From NCBI GenBank assembly GCA_951406725.2, contig OX597815.1:153946001-154010000 (forward strand): a DNA stretch of 64,000 nt, written 5' to 3'. Both the position numbers and the translations under genes were made by a program. This DNA comes from Octopus vulgaris (Eukaryota). The notes under the pieces are model-generated. The model was not told where the DNA came from. It saw only the letters and a list, made by a program, of their open reading frames with translations, and searched no databases. This document shows, piece after piece, positions 53,851 through 64,000 of this stretch; the stretch's first letter is position 1; each line of letters opens with the position of its first letter.

Positions 53851-55457
53851 ATTATTATTAGTAAAATAACACCACCGAATTCCGTATTTTCAGAATTACT
53901 TCAGCCAAATTCTCAGTAATGGAGTGTGCTCATTACCACTGAGAATTCGTTTATTGTATAGGTAAAAAGGAACTACAGTTTTGTTCACAAAGTCTATCAA
54001 AAGACATGCATGAACTTAGTTGGCCTAAAGAGAAAAGATGAGTATTTTAGTACATGCATGTTATATATATGGACGTTATAGAACAAGAATAGAAATTATA
54101 CTTCAAACAAAATTCCATAAAACCAATAGTAATGAAAAGCAGTGCTTCATCCCGGCGCCAGTTTGATAAACAACATGGTACCGGGAATCACGAAGAGTTT
54201 CGTGCATAGCATTGAATTATTATCAAGGGAGAATTCATTTCTTTCAGGCGTCTGCTACTGATGATAAGGCTGATAACGTGGTAGTTTTTTTTTTCTTTTC
54301 ATCTTCATTTTCATCAATATATTTCGTTGTAAGGAATGGTCTCACGTCACTGCCAATGATTACCGATGAATTTACTTAGCTGTTGTCTTGACATAGTCGA
54401 GTTTGACTGAATGGAGGCGAAACATAATTCACTGTTATTGCTTCTGTATGTGTTCTTTTATGCCAAAGAACCACCTGACCATGAAATACCGATGTATTGA
54501 AACGAATAAAAAAAAAAGAGAAAGGTGTTGTTGACTATCTCTAAACATGTGCATGTGTGTGTGAGTGTGTATATGAGTTTATGTATGCATATGTGTATGC
54601 TTATATATATCTTTACACGCACAGAAACACACACACACACATCTTAATTGCTGTTAGGAACACCGTATTTTGTTTGCAGCCATAATATACTACCAAGTAT
54701 ATAAGTCAATACTGTGGCCTATTTTTACATTAGCAGTGACATGCAATCAGTTTTAAGTTATCTTCACAAATTTTCTATTGAATTTCAAGCCAGCGTTGAA
54801 AGTGACGGCGTTTCGTATACGGATACATTTATGTTAGCAATGGGATCGATAATATAAGAATAGGTAATGGGCATGTATACATATTTCAGGAATTATTGCT
54901 TCTTCAGAATCATATCCAACCCAATAGCTATCCCCGGACAATTCTAACAGCCACTTAGTAACACTGTTGGATAAACCAAGCTAAATATATTCAACTGAAA
55001 TATATTCAACGGAACCAAATGAGTTCTCCTTCAAATGGAACTTGATTTATGGCTCTGCTACCTAAACTGTCTCTTTCTCTATCTATAAAAGATAGATTCT
55101 TGTTTTTTTCTCCACTAGACCTGATAGAATAGTCTTAACCCTCCCCTCCAGTAGTAAATCTAAATAGCAGAGTAAAATCAATGGTAAGCAGTGTCTCCAT
55201 GAAAAAATATTAATTACTATCATGTTTTTGTTGATGAAACTTGTTTCTCTATCTACCTACTTACCCTGTTTGTGATGTTGGTTAATGGAATAACTATAAA
55301 AATGAATCTTTTAAATTTAACTAAATTCTATATTTATATGCAGCTGAAGATTGCTCTACATTTTAAAACTGATGTAATACTTGCATTGTTTAATTAAATG
55401 GAGTCGCATGAAACGATCGTACTGCATTACCTTTGGATATCCTTGTTGCTTATTTTG

Positions 55458-55492
<35 letters not shown>

Positions 55493-55675
55493 GACGGGCT
55501 TCTTTAAGTTTCCGTCTACCAAATCCACTCACAAACCTTTGGTCGGCCCGGGATTAGAGTAGAAGACACTTGCCCAAGGTGCCACGCAGTGGGAATGAAC
55601 CCGGAACCATGTGGTTGGTAAGCAAGCAACTTACTGCCTTACCACACATCCTCTCCTGCGCCTACATATATATGT

Positions 55676-55707
<32 letters not shown>

Positions 55708-57571
55708 TTGTGTATGTATGAATATATGTATATAGATAAGATCAACAAAAAAGTATTTTCTCTGGTGAGAGATAAATATTTAATATACACAATTCATGTT
55801 ATTTATGTGCTACTTATAGTTTATTGTGTGTGTTTGTTTGTTTGTGCGTGTGTGTGTGTGTGCGTGAGCCAAAACACTTTCACAGCATCACGAGCATATC
55901 TTCTGATATAATTACCGATGTACCTTAACATTGTTAATAAAATTGGGAAAACAGAGACAGTGTAGATGCCTGTCGGGTGACAGCCTCTGTATTTCATATG
56001 GTTAGAGTTGTCTCACGCTCTGTTAGTCTAATTCTGCCTTAAGTTTACATTGATAATAGAAAAGACTATGGAATACTTCGATATTTATACAAACAATAAT
56101 GCAATAAGTAGTACATAAACTGATCGAACATCTGGAATCCTCATTGTTGAAACAAATAAGCGGTTCATTTTTTACTGCATATATTTGGTTTTCGAGTTAG
56201 CTCTTAAATTTTTTTAGCGATCATGAAGAAATCCCTGTTGGAGCACCGCCTTCATTGCTAGATTTTCTACACTATTTAAGTCCTTGTAGCATTCTCGTTT
56301 GCCCATAGACTCGAGTTCTATTGGCTTTTTGTCAAGAACTGGGCATCTCATGTTGGTGTACCAACGAGTTAACAGAGATTTCTCTGCTATGGCTGTTGCC
56401 TTTTGGAGATGTTTAGATCCGTATGTTAGAAACCAATAAACTCATCTAGATACTTTTTGAAAGTCTGAGAAAAGATGCTGGTCACATTTCGTAATTTTGT
56501 AGGGTAGATATTGTACAACTGAAGACTTTTATACTGTTACTGAATAGGTCGAGCATGTTGAGAAAGTAAGCGAAACTCCAATTCCTCTTGTTTACTCAAT
56601 CTTGTATAATAATGTATGAAACTACATTTTCGAAAATATTCGAGATATATTATGGCGTATCTTGCCTACTGTTAATTTACAGGATAGAGACAGTTTTCCA
56701 GTACTATGATCGCATTTAACTTAATCTATTTACTTAGTTTTAAGTTGGCGTTTTTCGTATTTAGTTGTTAGGCACAGGCATTCTAAAATGCGGAGGCACC
56801 GTGACCGTGAGCTGCCCAACCAGCTCAAAATAAGGAATTTCCAGATTATGAACATCACTGTCTGATCCCACATGTATAATGACATTAATATCCAGCCATA
56901 GAGAAGGCACTGGGCCGGCAGAAACGTTAATATTCCAGGCAAAATGTTTAGCGGCATTTCGTCTGTCTTTATGTTCTGAGTTCGAATTCTACTGAGGTCG
57001 ACTTCATCATTCATCCTTTCAAGATCGATAAGACAAGTACCAGTTGAGCATTGGGGTCGATGTAATCGGCCTACTCCCTCCTCCAAAATTGTTTGCCTTA
57101 TACCATAACTTGAAACCAATATTCAACCATAGAACTGTCGGTAGATAGTCGACAGGATGAGAACGTGTTTAAGAATACATGCATCCTCTCTGCTTGGGTC
57201 AGAATGTGCTTAAAGTCTGAATAGCATTTGTAATTGACGTAGCATATTTCTCAAGGGTATAATATTTTGTATATGAAGGCATATAATTTTGCGGTGTTGA
57301 ACGACGACATATAGCGACCATGTTTTGGTGGATCACATAGTTACTGTCGGATGTCACGATCTCAGATATTAATATGGGGTTATCTCCATAGCTGCTCAGA
57401 ATGGCTGATTGTATATAGTTGTCTATGTGAGTACCCACTTATTACCACAAACTTTTCAGATAAATCTAATTTTAGGTATTAAAGAAATCAGAGATCGAAA
57501 TGCTCAAACTTATCAATGTTTCTTCGTTTGTGATATAAGATACCAAAGGCGATCTTATGAAGGGCTTTGGC

Positions 57572-58344
<773 letters not shown>

Positions 58345-58349
58345 TCTAG

Positions 58350-58440
58350 AGCCACATTTATTCCAGAGGGACATGAGAAGCCAGAATTTTGGAATTGCCT
58401 CGGTGGTTTCGAGCCCTATATGAATGATAAACAGATACAG
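58350..58440 (+). CDS. Villin-like exon 12 (G5 end): ATFIPEGHEKPEFWNCLGGFEPYMNDKQIQ
   Basis: Long pyrimidine tract plus ctctAG, CAG|GTACAA donor. EG.E..EFW..LGG...Y motif. Phase matches exon 11. Confidence 0.94.
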
Positions 58441-59150
58441 GTACAATATATTTTTATATAGCGAATGTTCATATAATACACTAAATTGCAGAAATGAAGT
58501 GACAGTTATGAAACATTTTAAAAAGTAATTTCTTTATTTATTACACGCAGAATATGATTGACTAAAATAAATGTTCCTAGTGAGGAGAAAGCCATAGTAA
58601 ATCACTTATATTAGATTCAAAACAAAACAAGCCAAAAAGTTTATCTGACAACTCAATTTATCACCAGAACATAATATATAAAATAGATATATACTGTAGA
58701 AATGCATAATGCTTAATCAATTATTAATCGATATATTGTATCTACTTAATCAAAAACCAAAACAAATTCTATTTAGCTGTGAATTTTTCTTCCGACGGCA
58801 ATTAATTTGTTGTATATATTTCAACAGGCTGACACTTTGTAGAACATATTTTGACTTCATGTTGATATGAATTTCTTCTACCAGTTTGTAAAAGAGGGAA
58901 ATACAGTAGCAACAACTATATTTGAATGCAAACCCACACCGTTAAACCTTTAAGGTATATTTTCGACTCATGCTTCAGTTCCTATCAACATAAATTATCG
59001 ACCGAACAAGCGAGAAATTTAAGCGGAAACTAATTCTAGTGACGCGTTCGCTGGAACGCAAGTTCTAAAATAATAATATCACTAAAAAGACAATAATAAA
59101 TTGTTATGAATATTGAATTCAAGAAATCAATCAAACTATATTTCTTTCAG

Positions 59151-59240
59151 AATCTAAGTGCAGAACACAGGCCTCGACTGTTCTGTTTCAGTAAAATCTC
59201 GGAACCAATGAAAGTGGAAGAAATATATAACTTTGAACAA
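59151..59240 (+). CDS. Villin-like exon 13 (G6 start): NLSAEHRPRLFCFSKISEPMKVEEIYNFEQ
   Basis: tttctttcAG acceptor, GTGAGT donor. PRLF..S......VEEI..F.Q motif of G6. No further exon found before the window end. Confidence 0.94.
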
Positions 59241-59940
59241 GTGAGTTTTGAGTTTTACTTTGTTATGTATAATCATGGTAACTGTTTGATAGTGTGTGAA
59301 TACTGAAGAGAGGTGGTGCGTTAACCAAGAATCAGATTGTCACACAAAAGTGCCTTATGAGTCTGTTACATCTGGTATGCCTAAGTATTCAGTTATGTTT
59401 CCCAGATCCTTGTTTCTTTACATTATTTACTATTTAGTGTCACTATTAACTATACACTATTAATTATACACATTCGTATGTCGAGGATACTGTCAGTCAA
59501 TTCTTGATAACCTTTTATGTATAGTCGTTAATCACATCATTCTTATTCATATAATAACTAACAAATTGATAACATATATTATCACACTACCTACACATAA
59601 GTTGCCAAAAAGACCGGGGTCACGAGAATCGACTGTCAAAAGATGTAATGTATTTATATTTCAAATCCGATCAGGATTAATATAATATACAGTGAATAAT
59701 AGCTATTTATAAACATTCAAGTAATTCTCAACGTACTAAGTTTTCTAACTTCTCTGTACGTATTGATACATACTATGTACTTATTCAAATGATCGTTAAA
59801 AGCAGAGGGAATTAAAACGTGAGTAACAGGATTTTTGTGGAAGTTAAATGAACGTAAAGAAACCTAGTTACCTACTGAAAAACTACCTGAAAACAATGTA
59901 TGAGCATATTCTTTTCCAGTTGCAAATAATTTCTATTCTG

Positions 59941-60644
59941 GACTCTAAAGTATACAAACTTGATCCATATAGCAGACTGGCTAGAGTTTTATTTTTGTGT
60001 TTTTGAAGAAGCTGTCAGATGGTGCTTTTTCTAGGACGAAAACTGTTGCAATAGTTTGCACACACACACACGCACACACACACACGCACACACACACAAA
60101 CACACACACACATACACACACACGCACACACCACCATAGGCGTGGCTGTGTGGTAAGAAGTTTTCGTCCATGTACTTTATCCGTTCGACGAAAGAGACTA
60201 ATACAAGTACTAGGATTTAAAAAAAGAAATAAGCCTGGGGTCGATTTGCTCGACTAAAATCCTTCAAGGCAGTTCTCCAGAACGGCCGCAGTCAAATGAC
60301 TGAAACAAATAAGAAAGAATAAAAGTCTATATACATATTTTGTTTTCTACTCTAGGCACGAGGCCCGAATGTTTGTGGCGGGAGGGGGCATTCGATTTGA
60401 TCAACAACAGTATACAACTGGTACTTAATTTGTCGATCCCGAAAAGATGAAAGCCATAGTCGACTTCGGTCTAATTTGAATTCAGAACGTAAAGACACAC
60501 GAAATACCTATTTCTTTACTACCCACAGGGGGCTAAACACATATATATATATATTCGTGTGTAAGTGTATGAGTGTGTGTGTGTGTGTGTAAGATTTAGT
60601 TAAGTTAAAGACTTGTACATTCACTTTTCTTTTGTTATTTTGTC
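59941..60644 (+). repeat. Local duplication copy 2
   Basis: Matches 57572-58344 up to ...CTTTTGTT(A)TTTTGTC. Confidence 0.92.
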
Positions 60645-62910
60645 AAATTTAAGTATTTAAAAATCGAAAGTAGATTTGGACTGACATTCAAAAGCACATA
60701 ATCATCACTTTTATAACTTAAAATATTTTGTATTACTAATTTAAGGTTTCATGCTATTCTGTGAAGTATCTGAGGCGGAAATTTGATGTTAGACAATTTA
60801 GACAAACGTTATGTAGGGTGGTATTTAAAATGTTTTGGAATATTTTTGTTTGTTTTTTGAGTGAGTGTTTTGACAAATTATCTGTGTCATATACATCTAA
60901 TGAAACATTCATGCTTTGAAATTCTTTTACAAACATTTTTAAGCTTTCATTTTAATTACATGTAGTATCGCTGTAGCTACAAGCGCAAAGTATCATTATT
61001 TTTCACTGAAGAATGAAAATAAAATAAACAAACTGAAAAATTGAGAGAAAGAAAAAACATTAGCATTAAAAAAAATCAGTTATTAAGTTTTAAGTGTGTT
61101 TGTACTTTCAACAAAGTGCTATTACTGCCAGATATCTAATTGTAAATTGTTTTCTGTTAGCAATATCATTATTTAGATGTTTCCCCAAATATGAATTAAT
61201 TTCGATTCAACATTAAATTACGTTAACGAAACCTTCATATAATCGGTAATAGCTTTTAAATTGGCTGCATTTCAATATATTTCTCATACAGATAATTTTC
61301 ATAAGAATATATAAGCATAAAATTTATGATTCAAATTTTGCTTGTAATTGTCTCTGCTGTACGATAATTGAATAGATGAAATTATATTTACAATTTTAAT
61401 ACGCGCGTGCGCGTGTGTGATTAAAACATTTGAACTTGTTTTAGAGTGAAAATCAAGAAGTAAATAGTCTTCATTAAAGTTTTGATTTTTTACAAAATTA
61501 TTTCTGGTAATTGAATATACATTTCGAGTGCATATTTAATAGTATTCTTGCAGAGTTACATAACTATATAAGTATATGGGAGAAATGTGCAGGACCGGAT
61601 TCGCTCGCGGAGATTGTAGCTGCAGATTATATCAAATCTACGATGAAGAAAGTCAAAGATGACCTAACCGGACTTGGACGAATATTAATTTGTCCTTTAA
61701 TTAGGAAGGAAGGTAATAGTCATGATCCATTACGGAACCTTCAACACTGTTGGTAGGATAGGAAGGAAGGGATCTTCAAACCGAAAGTGTGGTCCGATAT
61801 TTGTAACAGATTAAATTCCGCTAAAGTTACTTAAGGTCAGGTTGCGGTGTTAAATCGGGTGACGAAGGAAGTTTACCATCCAAGTATGCCATATCAAGAT
61901 TTGAACTCAGAACACAAGGTACCGGAACAAATATCACCAGGACACTTAAGATGAAATAATACAAGATACAATGTCTCTTTCTCTCTAAAAAGGTACGGTT
62001 GATCGCAGCTGATACAAGGACCTGCTTGATCAAAGCTGATTTCGTGTTACATAAGGAGAATACAGAAAGTTATCCAATTAATTTCATAGTAATTGCCAAC
62101 ACCAATTCTTGTTACGATTGGTTTGACGTCTATGTATCCATCTTTATATCTAAGATACATCTTACAGAATGACGTTCCTCAGTCAAGTAATATACTTGAC
62201 TATTTATCTTAGTTATTGAAATTCCTTTCGGTAACAGGAGCTTATTTGATGATGTGCAATAACACTTAGTACAATATCATCTAGCATAGAATATTAATTC
62301 CTATCAAACACTTAACGAACGTATTCATTTCTCTTGCATGATTTGAACACGTTTCAAAAGGAAAATAAATCATACAACGGAACTGTCATTAAGATTTTAA
62401 ACGTGTACGTATGATGCGTTGTATTTGTCATTGCAGGAGTTACAGAGAAAAATTTATATTAAATAGTAATTGATATCTTCTATCGTTTTTCTTGTTTCAG
62501 TCGTTGGACTGAGGCCATGCTGGGGCACCGCCTTGAGCGGGGTAGTAAAAAAAATTCAAGTACTGATGCTTTTTTCTTTAAAGCCTGCTACTTCTTCTAT
62601 TGGTTCTGTTGCTGAACAGCGGTTGTGAAGTGGTGGTGGTGGTGGTGGTGAGGGCGACAAATACAGACATAAAAAGATGCACACATATACGCACGTTTGT
62701 ATATGTATATATACGGGCTACCGCAAAGATTTTGCCTATCAAATCCACTTATTTGGTCAACACGGGGCTGCGCGTTGGGACTGACCACTAAACCAAGAGG
62801 TTGCAAAGCTAGATTCTTAACCACACAGTCATGCCTGCACCTATTAAAAAAATCAATAGGATTTCAATGGCAACAACCAACGAAGAAAAATTCGGGATCT
62901 CGACCTTTCA

Positions 62911-63538
62911 ACCTACAGATTTAAAAAATAATTTTTTGTAACTAAACACTTTCAAACTTCGGACACTGGTAGAATGTGTCATATAAAACATCTTTTAATG
63001 TCAACATTTTTGAGAAAAACTTATATTTACGAAGTTATTTCACGTTAAAGTTGTATTTCGGTAATTTCAACCAATCAACGATGTGTATTCAGCTGAATAA
63101 AATTTCTGCCGTTGTTTGTCAACAACAACTATCGGCTGTGTATTTTCCTTTTGTAACTGTTATTTATGACATCGTTCGTGCGTTTGCACTGGTTTTAGCT
63201 TTAAAGTTTTAGGGTTAGGTTTAAGGTTTTAGGGTTAGGGTTAGGGTTGGGTTTTAGAGTTAAGGTTTTAGGGTTAGGGTTGCCATAAATAACAGTGACA
63301 AACTAAAAATACACCACCGGAAGTTGATAAACACCAGCAGTAATTTTATTCAGTCGAATACATGTCATTGATTGGTTGAAATTACCGAAATAAGACTACT
63401 TTAACGTGAAATAACTTCGTAAATATAAGTTTCACTTAAAAATGCTAAGAATAAAAGATGTTTTATATGACACACTCTACCAGTGTCTGAAGTTTGAAAG
63501 TGTTTAGTTGCAAAAAATTATTTAAAACATTTGTAGGT
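62911..63538. mobile_element. MITE/fold-back element with ~210-bp TIRs and central degenerate TTAGGG repeats
   Basis: 62911-63125 is the imperfect reverse complement of 63323-63538. TTAGGG-like array at ~63208-63281. Confidence 0.85.
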
Positions 63539-64000
63539 CAAAATATAAAATCCAAAATTCGTTCTACGTATGCAAGTGCTGCTAAGGGAAATACAATTAC
63601 TATCATGTAAAGGACAGAGTGTTATGATGATTGCCCTTATCAATGTGAAATGTTTATGAAGAAGTCTGTGACAGAAACAATGTTCTCGAAAGTCAATGAT
63701 ATGTTAGCACAGAATAGTATGCTGAAATCGATTATCTAGAGTAAGGCATGTTGTTGACTTTAACAATATTGCATTAACTGGGAATGCATTTGATCGATAA
63801 CATATTGCAGATATCTTAATCTTGTGTTTTGTTTCGTACTAGACAACCTGGCTTTGTTAAGACATATCTCAATCATACCGTATTAAATAATATAAAGATG
63901 CACAGGTACACTAGACGTACCCTAGCTTAAGCAGCGAATATTCAGAAGAAAACGAAAGAAAAAAAGAATCTTTTAGGGTATTAAGGCATGTAGTATAGGT

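Noticed and set aside
61511-61756. ORF with NYISIWEK...AADYIKS, superficially like the next G6 exon
   Set aside because: It lacks the expected DL..DDVMLLD motif, and the phase-0 reading from the CAG acceptor at 61553 hits a stop within six codons.
63208-63281. True telomere or chromosome end
   Set aside because: The array is short, degenerate and enclosed within TIRs, with ordinary sequence beyond it.

Overview
AT-rich, microsatellite- and repeat-dense animal genomic DNA. The SINE repertoire suggests an octopus or other coleoid cephalopod (inference). One protein-coding gene spans the window on the + strand: 13 phase-compatible GT-AG exons (1683-59240; 1239 nt, 413 codons) encode the G2-G3 linker to the start of G6 of a divergent villin/advillin/gelsolin-family actin-binding protein. 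Its 5' and 3' exons lie outside the window. The introns hold tRNA-derived SINEs of at least four families, non-autonomous Helitrons, a full-length decayed pogo element, Tigger and maT (Tc1/mariner) remnants, LINE fragments (CR1/L2-like, RTE, Tx1, R4/Dong-like), Penelope-like pieces, MITEs and local duplications. The most notable unexplained signal is about a dozen type I hammerhead ribozyme (HHR)-like motifs from several families in these introns. They include an apparently intact GUC hammerhead on the pre-mRNA sense strand (35271-35316), a hammerhead with a large branched stem II (1122-1252), a family with a fixed non-canonical core (CUGUNGAA), and a hammerhead just downstream of a tRNA-like Pol III head. 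All assignments were made by eye, with no database searches or folding runs. Most ORF-track entries are microsatellite artefacts.
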